A stretch of DNA of 64,000 nucleotides from Lingula anatina (GCA_051362555.1 CM120646.1:14384001-14448000), one strand, 5' to 3'; shown: positions 12,001 to 24,960, counted from the stretch's first letter. Notes: generated by a model from the sequence alone, not told the origin. A program made the numbers and translations.

Positions 12001-15000
12001 TGTGGCCATTTTCCTAGAGTATTCACATTTCCACAGCAATCATTGAGTGATGTGCTCCGACAGCACAAAGAGAGTTAAATGGCCCTCACGAGTAGATGGA
12101 CTTGAAAATTTCATGTACATTACATTAATGTCTAATATGTTTGTTATTAAACCTTTTACAATTTTCTCCCTCTTATTGTAGTTATAGGATGAACACATGC
12201 AAAGGATGTTCGTTTGTCTCTTCGCTTATTTTTTTTAAGTGCTAACTTTGCAGTGGCCAAACTTGTCAAACCATACGCAGAAACAATAAAATTTCCCAAA
12301 TGAACGATAAGCTTCAAATACCCTTAGCCTAACGCTGGAATATGTTTGCGATTAGCGTTTTAGAAAGTTTATTAGCTGCATGTACCCCGTCCTTATCTCC
12401 CACACAGCATCCTAAATTCAGTTAGTAAGTTTAAAACAGACTGGCAGTAATTTAATGGCTGTTGTGAAAGGTTGCACATTAAAGGTACAAGAGTATTGCA
12501 ACGCACAGGGAATTGGCCGTGCAATCTGCCCAGGTTAAGTTAGTTACAGACCTGGATTTAGCGCTTTAGTTGCAATGGAGCGATCGTAATGGACATTATT
12601 GGCACAGAATGTCTTCTGGGACCTCTATCGGTGAGGTACACATTTCATTATTTCAGTCACGCGAAAACGAATAGAGGCTACATGCACATATAACCCCTGT
12701 GGTTTTTGACGGAAGATGGTGTCCCAGTACATGTAACAGCAAATTAAATAATTTTGTGCTGGCAATAATCACTCAGTGGTACAGGTGCCATGGTTACAAA
12801 TATTGCCAATACAGAAAACGCAAATTACTGTGTTCGTAAAACTTTTCTTGTTTACACAATTGAAAAGAAAAAAAATCCAGGAACGAACTTTCAGCATCAG
12901 TTTCCAAAAATGCAAAAATGTCAATATTTTAGGGAAACGACAATATCAAGAACCTGACTCATTGTTGATAAGGAGCTCCCACTCCCAGTCAAAAGAACCT
13001 GCTGCATATTTCTGAAAACGATGTTCCACCATTTAGGTACAGATTACAAACGGGACAGTTGATATTGACCACAATAAACGTACATATATTGTAAAATAAT
13101 GTAGGCAATAAGAGACCGGGCAATATTGAATGATGTGTTACCCAGATGGTATTGTTTTCTGTTTCTTATTGGGGTAAAATGATTATGCAATTAACCGGAA
13201 AACCAGCCGACGTCGACTGTACGCTTGTTGGAAATTTAAGTTCAAAGCCGCTATCAATCTAGACAGATACAAATGTGGTACTTTACCACACGGAAGTTAG
13301 AATTATGCACAACACGTTGAAACCAGAACACTATAATGGGATTTCAAGATAGCTGTGGCTGTTTTTTGTTGAAACTATGCTTTTAAGGCCATTTTCAAAC
13401 TCAAAACCCCATTGAGATATCTATTGATTGAAGTACCAGTTTTGGGATCCATAACTTACATTCTGGGTGTTTATACATACTAGTTCATGACCAACATTTG
13501 TCTCTCAGGTTAACATTTCCACTAGCTGGCACTTGACAAACCCTGACACGATAATTCTCCTTATTATGATTATCCAGATTATATCGACACATTCGTTTTG
13601 CTTAAAAGAGCAGAATATATTTCGCATCATATATATGCAATGTTTTTGACTCGATTGGAACGCCCATTGGATTGGCCATTTTGATAAAATTTGTGCAGCA
13701 ATGCACCGAATACACTTGAACCAGGCGCTGATTAACACAGAAAAATAATAAAATCAGCTCCAATAAAAATCTGACGTGGTAATTAAGTTGATTATTATCG
13801 ATTTTTATTAATTTTGGTGGAAATTGAAAGCATCAGCATGCGCAATTTGACCATTCGTATTATAGATCTGGTTTCCTGAAGAAAACCCCTTTTCATATTG
13901 AAGTTGCAATTATGCCAAAGTGATGGAATCCATTAATTGAAAATCCACCATCGTGATCAGATTCAAGTAACAAGTAATCAGAACTTAAGATGCTTCAGAT
14001 GGTGTGCCACGCGCTAGAGACAATTGAATGATATTGTTTGATCCATAGTATTGATTGGTAATTAGTAACCTCGTACAAGTAACTGACGTGATAGTACAAA
14101 GATAAATTCTACAAAATAACGTGTACCCTGCTGATATAACGGAAGTAATTAATGGCTAGAAATAGGACTGACTCCTTCAGTTGTAACATTAGAGAAACGC
14201 AAGACGTGAGTGTACAAAATGGCTTTGAAAATGCACAGATGTCATCCAAACGTCTCTGTTTCCGACATAGTTATTTTATTCTTTGTGCGTGGGACACATG
14301 TGTACATAGAGTAGTGTATTTAAACATTAAAGATTGGAAACCGTCAAATACATTAATTATGTAAATAAAAAAGTAACTTGAGTTCTTATAACCCAAAGGG
14401 AGGGGAACGCGTTTAAAAATAAATGATTTCCTCGTCGCTCGCAGCAAACCCTCAGTGCAAAACATGACTTGAAAATCCATTGCAATTTTGGGCAATTTTG
14501 CTTTGCTCTTGAAATTACCCCCCCCCCCCCCCCCACCCTACCTGTAAGGTGCATAACATTCGTCCGAAATTCTATTTACGAAATCGTTCTTTGAATCCGC
14601 CGTAGCATGCCTTGCTTTGATTGTTCTGGGTTGGATTTACGACGAGAAAATGTACACTGTATGCCACCGATGACATTTCAAGAAGATGTATTTGAGTTCT
14701 TATAACAGACACATGATGATTGCCTTCGACATAAACAGTCGTAATCCTGGTTACTTGCACATCAGCCACGTCTCCCCCGAGACCTCTTTCCGATTCTAAA
14801 CCACTGTCATTAGCGATGGGTCAGTAATAAATACTCGAGTACATTGTATTATCGGGAGAATAAGTTGTTGTAGTTGGCATTGATTGGCCGTGACACCATT
14901 GTGTTGTTATGCATGAGTATAGATTTACACCTTCAATGTATTTTAATAAAAGTTATGCCATGATCAACGGTACGTAATAGTATATGGCATAGAAAAGTGT

Positions 15001-18000
15001 CAAGATGACAGCAGCAAATAACTATTTGTTCTTAATTTATCATGTGAACAATTGCGTTAAAGCGATGAGATGGTTCTATGCCAGTTATATCTTTTACCTC
15101 ATTAGATATAATGGTAACACTCACTGTCCTTCCGACCAATAAAAGAATAAAAATATTGCCCGCTTGTCAAGTCGTTTATCAAATCCATAGATGTGTATTT
15201 CGTCAAACTGTTAAAAATACAGTCGGAATTACGGCATAAAGGTACCTCATATTTCCCCTACGTTTACATACCAATATGCTAAATACTTTGACTCATATAC
15301 AAATGGAAGTCTGTGCATATGACAGTAAACACTCATATTTTTTTTTTTGCCTAAACGCAGCCCCTCTAGTACAGAGAACATCGCATTTTCTCTGTTGGGT
15401 ACAGGGATACATAATAAAGAGCATATAGCATTTCAATAATTTTTTCTATTGGAATGCACATATCGACTACTTTCTTGAAGGACTTAGTTGGTGCACAAGG
15501 GACATTTTTAATCGAAATTGTATCTTGATGGTATCGATCTTCACGTTAGAATTAATCATGATGCCTTTTATTCCGATGGAATTTGATATCCAAGTGCAAA
15601 CAACGCTTTCTGGGGATTTCTAAAAATATAAGTATTTTAGTGCTTGACTTTTTTGTATTAATGGCACTTGATTAAAACATATTATGTTACGCTCTTGTGA
15701 AAACTAAAACCGGAAGTCAGTTAAATGCACATAATATTGTGTAATATATCCATTAGTCTTAATTTTTTTTTACTTTAAGGAATGCTTTTTTACTTTAAGG
15801 TAGGCAATGAATAATGGCTAGTTAGTCAAATGGATGTGCACAGAATGAATCAACTACAACAAACATTGGGGGATTTTTTTGTAGTAGCAATGCACATATT
15901 CCAGAAATAACGTTTATCAGTTCAGTGCATTGGGTCTCTCGCCACCCTTACAAATTAAATACCACGTCTTGGAAACCGCATGTTTAGACAAGTAGCATAA
16001 TTAGGAGTAATTAAGAACTGGTTTAAAATGTCATATATCATATCTTGCCAATCAATGCGCAGTGCACACAATGAGAAAGAGTTGTAAATATCATGTCTGG
16101 GCACGTTCTTGGTAATTAGCTGGCGGTGGTTAATAACCTTCTCATGTAAATTTAATTCTGTATTGAGCTTACTATTTCTATATTCGACTTTGACGTCGCC
16201 GTTCTTTGAACTGACTTTAGAAACCCATACTGCACAATTGCACGTGTTGTTTAAGTGCATCGTAGATGAATAGTCCAGGTGATGACGTCCACCGGTTTCA
16301 GGATTGCACTGACTACCACATAAAGTTACTGTTTTATTTATTTTAATCGGACACGGGTTATAAATGTAGCACATAAACAGAGCAGGCAAGATCTGTTCAA
16401 ATATCATTTTTCGAGAATATGAAACGATCGCCATTGATACTTCTTTTAGTTATGCTGTATGAAGTTTTATGATGACACTAAGTCATCTTTGGTTGCAATG
16501 ATTGACATGCCAATTTGCTTCATATGCATCTTTAACGTTTTGTCACTTATTTTTGACGTACATGATAGCGATTTAAATGATTTTCAATCATAATTGGAGA
16601 TTGCCTCCATTAAACGTGGACATCAGATTCCTCTCAATGAGATTTTTTTATTCTATTTGTACGAGCAGTACCGAAGAGAATCTTTTGAATAATTTCCTAA
16701 TTAGAGCATAGTGACATGCGTAATGTAACATTACTCTGTTAACAACTTTACAGATATGTATCTCTGTGACATTAAAAAAAGCACGCACTACAGTCATTAT
16801 GGTGATAATTAAGTACGATGGACGCTAAACCATCTGCCTATTACAATCAGCGAGTGATATGCGAATGTTTACAAGATGCTTGGCGTTGCCAAGGTATTAT
16901 CCTTATGGTTGTCATTATTTATTAGTCACAATTTTATTAGTCAAATAAAATATACACATTAACTAGACAACTGTAATGTAACCTTTTAGGCGGCGATATC
17001 TTGACATTGCTGATAGATAAAATTGATCGTTCATGAAAATTGACCCTATCCCAGAATTTCTATCCCATCATAAAAGGTATCAAAATGGCTATATTTCAGT
17101 TACACGGAAATCAGTTATTTTTACTTGATTATCAAAAAGGCGTTGTTCCTATGCATACGTTTCTATATAATGAAACGAAAGGGAATATGTAACTTGGCAT
17201 GTCGATTGCCTTCAAACCTAAATGGAATTGGTAAATTTGGCAACAAGCGGAGCAAACACAATGCCGTATTTAACTTTGAGCTTCGGGGGACATAAGCCAT
17301 ATTTATCTATCCGGCACAACGTCCAGGAACCAACATCAACAGTGCATAATTAATTTGTATATACAAAGGTGATAAACACATGCCAATAGTTAGCACGAAT
17401 AACAAGTTAACACCCACGAGATCTATATGAAACATTAGTTCAGAACGATGCCATTTGTCCAAGTCATAAATTTTAAAGTTCTATCCAATTTTTAGACAAA
17501 GGCACAGGCGTCGCCCGTGCTAAATTAAGTGCAATTTGCCCCACCGGGAAATTTGTCTTCATCTAACCTCGATATAACCCACAAAACGATGAGAATTACA
17601 ACAGTTGCTTCCCCGGAAGATGCTTTGTTTTCATTGTTTGGCCATCCATGCCGTTGTCAATACAAAGTTCCTGATACCTTTGCAAATATTAACTTTGCCA
17701 GTGACATTGTAGATATTAGGATTTCATCGCGAAAAGAAAAACCTGTACGTCATTTTCATGATACTAATTGTTTGTAATTTCAAATTACCCGTTGAGAAAT
17801 GGTATGGATCTGCATCATTCACAGGCATTGGATTTATGCTACTTTCTGCATGAAAAAGGTAAACAGGTACACATTCTGTGGGGAACCATAATAAGTACCT
17901 TTCAGATTAGGAATTGGGGCCAAAACTGATACTTTGTTTAATAGAAAATGCCCCCAGTCACGTGTTGACAGTACTCTTTTTATTCACGCGTCAACCGTTT

Positions 18001-20152
18001 TACGTCATTTTCAAATAGTCATAGTCTCACGTGTGTAGCATATTTGTAACTTTTTCCGAGATCAGTTGCAATAAGATATAATGTGATAGAACCTGTCAAA
18101 AAGTTTCCAGACAAAAAGGATAAATACAGGAAATGCATCGTTTGATGTGAAACTATACACCTTCCAATCTGTCAACTACGAATCCCTCGTAGACATGCTT
18201 CCGCAATGCGATAAATTATCCAACTCTCCATGCGTATTGTCGCAGCTCAGACGCTACGCCTGGGAGTTATCGAGATATTGAAAGGAACGAAATCAAAATC
18301 AGTCACAATGTCGAATATCCCGTGCTTTATAAATAGTACAATGGTCTCCGTGTTTATCGCTGACTTGGACGTATCTTTCCTTTTGAGCTAAAAACATTGG
18401 ATCCCATGTTTAAGGAGCTAAAAGAAGCTTTAAGAATTAATCAAATGAAATTTGAACAGAAGCTACATTGCTAGTATCGAACAAAATTACACAGAGTCTT
18501 ATTCAGTGTCGATAAATCATTAGACCTTTTTATGCCAACTTCCCTCCAACAGTTAACGTCTCTTGTTTTTATCTGCCAGAACCCAACATAGACATTTTAT
18601 TCCAAAATGTGCTCTTTACTTAATCCCAATAACGAGTGATAACATTACGGTAGAGGTTCCTAACTTGGTAGTCCCACTCTATGAATAATTGGTATTTCTT
18701 TTGGGAAATCTCACATTCTTCATCGTTGTTAGCTCAACTTTGGTAATACACATTTAAAGCATGGTGGGCAGCAGTAAAACCAATGAAGCGATAAGGCTTG
18801 TCTGTTTGATCTTGATAATAACAAAGATAGAGGTTTGATTTATCGTCCCCGTGGCAAAAGACTGTGATAGAGTTTCAGATGCTAACACAGCGCATAATGT
18901 TAGAAGTCACACAGAAGAATACTTGCTTGACCCTATTGGGCGGTGCGACGGAAGAACGGCCAGGCTATGCCCGTTCGCTCCAGAGCCGATAAGGATATAA
19001 AGGTTCAGGGTAAGAAAAGTGTCCCCCAACCATTTTCAATTCAAACCAGTTATGATGCATTTTCTTGGTTGTATGAATTTCCTTTCTATCTTAATTTTGC
19101 ACAAGCACAAATGCAGCATACGACTCGCGCTCATTTTATAGACCGCCCTTAAAACACACACTTTCATACAATAACTTCAGTGATCATTGTACCCCCAGCT
19201 AATACATTTGCATCTATGAAATATTCAGGCGCCGCTGTCTTTAGAGATTAAAGATAATTAAGGTCATTAACGGTCGTCTTAATAACTAAAGAATAACATG
19301 TGCCTTGATAAATAGTCGCGGATCGATCTAAAGTCTCAATTAGGTGAGGACGGCTTAATTACGCAGGGATTGTTGAGAATGTTCCCAGATGTCTGACATG
19401 TCAATATCCATGCATTTGATTTCATTGAGGAACGACGGCCATGCATGTTGTACAGTTATTTAATGACATTTTTACGTTTCTTCTCCACGTAAACTAAGTA
19501 TACTGCCATTGACAGTGACAAACTGGTAACACTTTACCAATACTCTGGGGAAATTAATGCCCATAATGTGCAAAGTATATTTCTTTATTTTTATGAATAT
19601 TACTTTTTGTCCCATAGTAAATGTAAAATATTCTGATTCCAAAATAGAGGATTATGATACATATTGTTGCATGTACATAACATAATAATTATACATAATA
19701 ATTTTCTGTTTCCATCATCATCTTTACAGATTGGTATTTTTGAGTAGAGTTTGATAAAAATTGGTTTCAGCTTATTTTTAAAAACTTTTTTACCTTTATT
19801 TCCATGGGTGTCATTATAACACATAGCTAACATTTATTTCAACAAAAATACAACTTAAACAGCAATTTGTCCTTTAAACCATTACAGCTGCAATTACTGT
19901 AATGCAATTGACTCAGAACTAACGTAACCTGTTATTAACCTCAAATGTGTTGTTTGGCAATGCTCTATTTAGATTCCAAATGACAGTCATGCGATGGTGA
20001 TCCGTATTTGCATGATGAGGGATTGCTTTAATTCAGTCATCCTTTAGCATAATATGGTGAGAATATCATCTCCTTAGTTACGTACAAATAATCAATGCCA
20101 TCTGATTAATTAATATAACTTTAATTTTTCAATTTTATTCTTTGTTTTTCAG

Positions 20153-20234
20153 TGTTCTGAAGAAGGCAGCCGGTGTTTCCAAACAAGCGACTGTTGCGAA
20201 GGCTCCGTGTGTGTCACAGACAACGGACTAGCAG
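20153..20234 (+). CDS. Prohormone-3/ITG-like protein, coding exon B (Cys1-5)
   Basis: Long pyrimidine tract plus CAG acceptor, CSEEGSRCFQTSDCCEGSVCVTDNGLA(G), donor G|GTATAG. 82 nt, phase 0 to 1. Confidence 0.88.
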
Positions 20235-22469
20235 GTATAGACTTAGCCTTTTACGGCATTATTAACTTGCTCTCCCCTTCCTGAGAAGATTTCGAATTGA
20301 CGATGAGAAAAAAGGTATTACATACCCAAAATTACATTGACAAAACTTTCAAAACCGCCATAATAGTAATACGTATAATTTACAGATTCGGGTTTGAGAT
20401 TTGTACCATACTTTGTCTTTCTAGAGACATGAAAAAGATAAAATAATGTAAAGAGCAGTTAACGCTATAAAACTTATCCCTTGGCACGATTCCATTATCT
20501 TATGCTCCCAGCACTCAGCAATAGGATAGAACCTTGAGCTGGAAAGGGAGACAGACCGATGCAATGATATATGGTTCAACTTCAATAACGCAATGGAGCT
20601 TACCATTCTGTTCACTGCTTTTCCAGAGCCGCGAAGGCTGTTGGTGTGAATGTAACGGTCAGAATGAAGTTAATGAAACATTAGATTAACCAAAGCTGAT
20701 ATCCGATAAGGACCTGTCAGTCTAAATTGCGGCTACCTTCGATACCAGCACTCAAACAGTCCATTCAGTCTAAATGAATAGCCATACGGTTATCTGGTGG
20801 ACTGTGGACACGGTTTATGAAACAATAATGCACTTTGCCATTGCCAAGACAGACTATTGGTATACATTTAGAAACAGTTGAAACAGCCGTTCACCGCATC
20901 TCTTGTCAAATTTTAATATGCAGCGAATTGCAGTGAATTCTTGCAGTGAATGGCCACATTTGCATTGATGTATAGATGCCCAAAACACCCATTTCAAGCA
21001 GAGTTAAAATGAAGAGCATTATCTTGTGTGTACTTTAAGAAGCATTAAAAAATAATGGCAAATAGACCTGTATTCATGTATGTGTGCGTTTTGTCCACTT
21101 GGAGCTCTACTGAAAGACCCACATTAGTCTTTTTTACCCATCTGATTAAGGGCTGTTTCCGCCATTTTGTTTGGGGTAGATTAGTCAGAAGGGGTAGGTG
21201 CATTGTGTCAGCGTGTGATTCTATAATGCCAACTGTAAGAAAGCAGTCTTCGAAGAGCCACCGTTCGACTTTAAAGTCTAGGTTACTTGTAGAGTAAAAA
21301 TACATAGGGACAACATAGATCATCATGCTTTAGGAGGTCACAATAGCCCCACTCGGTAATTCGTTTGGGAATAAGATTGTTAGAGCCCATCAGTCCATGA
21401 TGATTTATGAATTCTTTGATTCATGGATCCATGTCCCAAGCCATGCCCAAGTGTCCTGGGAGGATATGTCTATAACTGAGATTAATTTTTTCAAATCACG
21501 GCACATTACTTCCTTTGCCTGAGCAACGTGGTGAAAAAAATCATTAAGACCATTCTCCTTTTCCGGTCACATTTCATCCCCAGAATGCTTCATCCGGCAC
21601 CGCAGGATATTGGCATTAACCTAGCCATCCGTCTTTATTGTGAGATATTAACCTTTGGACATTGATGATCATTAATATCTATTAAACGATAAAGAGCAAA
21701 AAAAAATTACACTGAAGTAGAATACCAGCCTTCTTTTACAACAGGTTAAAAAGGAGAGTTTTTCATAAATTCTGAAATACTTCTCGTGTCTTTGGTCATA
21801 AACGTTTTAAAATACATTTTGAACCTTTCCTGTTTGGTTGATCAATGATTCTGTGTAGATATCATATTATAACTCAAATTGCTGTAATAACGGACACTTT
21901 CTGAAGACTACTGAAGCTTAAATTTGAAGGGTTTTATACAAATTACGCCCTAATCTGTTTTTTATTGAAAAAAATGCCTTTAAGTCTGCCATAAATATTC
22001 CCAAAATTATCTATACGTGTTTGTGTATTTATTTATTTGTCATCTGCCACACATTTACTGCTAAGTACAGCATAGTCTGGCAAAATGGTACTCTTTAAAT
22101 CACATCTCTATTTAACTTCTCAGGTCTTGAGCTTACTTATATGTCAAAAAATGCCAATCACCACAGTCAAATTCTTTTGGGCTATGTTATTAAAATATGC
22201 TATGAACTAGCATATTAGATAGTAGAACTAGTAGGCAGGGTTGTTGTTCTTGCGTCACCTTTTCCTTTCCGGCGACTTGCATTTTCTTTTTTGTATCGAA
22301 ATAACTGCTGCTGAGGAATTTGCTATGTGTTTCTCTGGCATCTGTTTTCTCCCAACAACAAGCTTCCCTACTTAAATTTTAGGAACTTGAAACTAACAGT
22401 TTACACCTAAGTCTTGGTCTCGATCGTGCCTTGCTTCAACGTTTCTTCCTATCTAATTACTCCTTCTAG

Positions 22470-22610
22470 GAACTTGCGTTCCTGCAACGCCTAGGAGATC
22501 TGGTTCCTACTTGTGCTTTACTAATACCGATTGCGATCCTGGTTTCGAGTGTACTGAAGTCAGGTCGCAGAGCTTGCGTGTGTGCAAGGTGAAGGGCACC
22601 CGCAAAGAGG
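22470..22610 (+). CDS. Prohormone-3/ITG-like protein, coding exon C (Cys6-10)
   Basis: Branch-like CTAAT and acceptor CCTTCTAG, (G)TCVPATPRRSGSYLCFTNTDCDPGFECTEVRSQSLRVCKVKGTRKE(G), donor GTAAGT. 141 nt, phase 1 to 1. Confidence 0.9.
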
Positions 22611-22667
22611 GTAAGTGAGTAGCATCGGTGGTTAGTTGACACCCAAATCAGTGTTCCTTTTTTCTAG

Positions 22668-22739
22668 GGCCCTATACGTTTGAGAGAGGCTTCTGCATGG
22701 AGTTAGGCGAAAGGCGAAAGAGCGGTTACAAGAAAAACG
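22668..22739 (+). CDS. Candidate alternative exon D (cassette, or mutually exclusive with exon C)
   Basis: Acceptor TTCCTTTTTTCTAG, open frame (G)PYTFERGFCMELGERRKSGYKKN(G), donor CG|GTAAGT. 72 nt, phase 1 to 1, the same phases as exon C. Confidence 0.6.
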
Positions 22740-23337
22740 GTAAGTGCGTTATGTTTGGAAAACCATTTCATTGAGCTTTAATAGCGTTTTTTAGTCATTT
22801 ACATTATGCTTTTTTTAAATTTACAACTCTAAAATTGGTGTGTGATGCTTTTTGTGTTATAAATTACCAGGTTTACATCAGTTATTATAAGTTATTTGCT
22901 TGTAAGATCATGTACATTTGTAATTTGCTATTCTTTCATTTTTGATACCGTTTATTACTCATATTGCCTTTTCTATGAGCGGCCGTTATGTATCACGCTG
23001 CGTATGAACTTCACTATGATTTGCAGAGTGTGTATTACATTTGAGGCAAATGGTTTATCGATGGATTATAGTCACACTGCATGCTTTAATCTGTGTAAAA
23101 TCAGTTTAGCAATATTTTGAAAATGATCGATTTACGCTTTATGGTGTGTAATAATAAACGACATTTGAGGGTTGTCCAGTCTGTTTAAAAGTCGACTGCC
23201 AGAATCAAGGCTGCGCAAAACCGTCTTTTTTTAATGCGAGTAAAATGACTAACACAGTATTTGTCACTTGTCAGTCCAGTATATTTGTGGTTCGGTTGTC
23301 TGATTTGAATAATAATTTTCATCCAGTTTACAAAGTT

Positions 23338-23361
23338 TGTGTGTGTGTGTGTGTGTGTTTA

Positions 23362-23423
<62 letters not shown>
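23338..23423. repeat. Compound (TG)n(GA)n microsatellite in the last intron
   Basis: About 21 TG units followed by about 21 GA units. Confidence 0.97.
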
Positions 23424-23427
<4 letters not shown>

Positions 23428-23537
23428 CTCAAATGAACTTATTGGCAAGCACATCTGTCCCCGTGTGTATAGTGTGTAAACTGTATAGTGTAAATGTACT
23501 ATACATTAGCACACACATCTACATATTATACTTAAAG

Positions 23538-23695
23538 GTGAGGACTGTGAAGACTCATCGGAATGCAGGCCAGGGTCATGTTGCCAAGACATCAACATTT
23601 TCCGCAGGGGCACCTTCAGGAAGTGCGGCCCATACTACGGCATTTCCAAATGTGTGAGAGCGAAATCGGACAACAGTGTCGTCTTCCGACGATAA
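23538..23695 (+). CDS. Prohormone-3/ITG-like protein, terminal coding exon E (Cys11-16)
   Basis: Acceptor CTTAAAG, (G)EDCEDSSECRPGSCCQDINIFRRGTFRKCGPYYGISKCVRAKSDNSVVFRR*, TAA at 23693-23695. Exons A+B+C+E total 513 nt (170 aa) with 16 Cys in the mature region. Confidence 0.88.
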
Positions 23696-23864
23696 AACAA
23701 ACTTACGTGATTGCATCGAAGCAGTGACCCGATTTTAGACGTTACATAATCTTTTCTTTGTGATAAGCGTATAAAGTAATGTATGTGATTATGAAATTTG
23801 GAACTGTATATCCATGCTTTGAATAACGTGTTTGTAAAAGATAGACATTGATAGAAATCTAGTT

Positions 23865-23880
23865 AATAAATGTTATTAAA
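23865..23880 (+). terminator. Poly(A) signals of the Cys-rich peptide gene
   Basis: AATAAA (23865-23870) and ATTAAA (23875-23880) 170 nt after the stop, followed by GT/T-rich sequence. Confidence 0.6.
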
Positions 23881-24960
23881 AGGTGCGTATTTTAGCGATA
23901 CACGTGTATTACTGAAATTATTTCTGTATTGTTGAGCTTTGTATATAATGTCTTATTTGTCGTAATGTCTGAATACTTGTGTGGTATATCTCAATGGTAA
24001 ATGATAAAATGTGGACAAGAATAACATTTTCTTGGAAAAGTTACGTACCGGGGGTAAACAATTCTTAACTTGCTATTTATGATGCAATGGAATACATGCC
24101 AACAAGCATGAAACAACTTTTTTGAAACAAAGTTGTACATCTTTCTCACTGAATATTTTCAACGGTCAGAGACTGACAGCTGGGTCTTTGAAGTAGCAAT
24201 ATCTTTGCAAAGGTATTATTTGTTAAAGCTTATAGAATTGAACCTGTATATTTAAAGAATTCAGCATGATGCCGTCTTCAACTTATATTGTGTTAAAGTC
24301 CTCATGTTTTTCTTTGTGTACAAATTGTACCCTCTGCCCAGTGACTATAAATAATTCGTTTTTAAACATCTAAGCCATATATTATGTATATTTTCCATCG
24401 AAATTATTCCGTTAGACTAAACCATACCATGTAATACGTCTGCTTACTTTGGACAGTGCGCTGTACAAGCCACGTTTTCTTAAAAACTGTTACCATGCAA
24501 AAGTATTTATCTAGCTGGATATCTATACGTGTACACTGAAAGATTATTAGCCACGGTTCGTTAATTCTGTTAACAAATGAAAGACGTTTTACAAAGCAAT
24601 AATTTGTTTTTGAATGCACGGTATAAGTAATTATGAAGGAATTTTGGAATCGCTGGTAATGAGTAAGATAGACCATAGACCTTTGTACACGTATTAGAGA
24701 GCTTGGCGCATCTGCCGTGTCACCATGCTTTTTGTGTCAAATTCGTAAAAAAAAACAAACAAACAAACGATGTGTACATTGATAGCAGCATAAATGTTGA
24801 AGTGTCACTGACTCATCATAAATCGTGAAAACATAGATGTAAATGTATTTTGAATAATCTGGAAGTATAGCTGAAAAAAATTACGGATCGTGTTTCTTTA
24901 CATGCACTTCTCATTATACATGTATTATGGACGTATGGGTATTTGTAGTGCCCCCCATCA

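Noticed and set aside
15955-16434. 159-aa minus-strand ORF
   Set aside because: No recognisable motif or convincing splice or promoter context. It is consistent with chance.
23337-23657. 106-aa ORF beginning CVCV/RERE
   Set aside because: It translates the microsatellite. The real exon E is read in a different frame.
24507-24517. TTATCTAGCTG, matching part of mature miR-9
   Set aside because: The seed region does not match and I see no precursor hairpin, so it is not a mir-9 gene.
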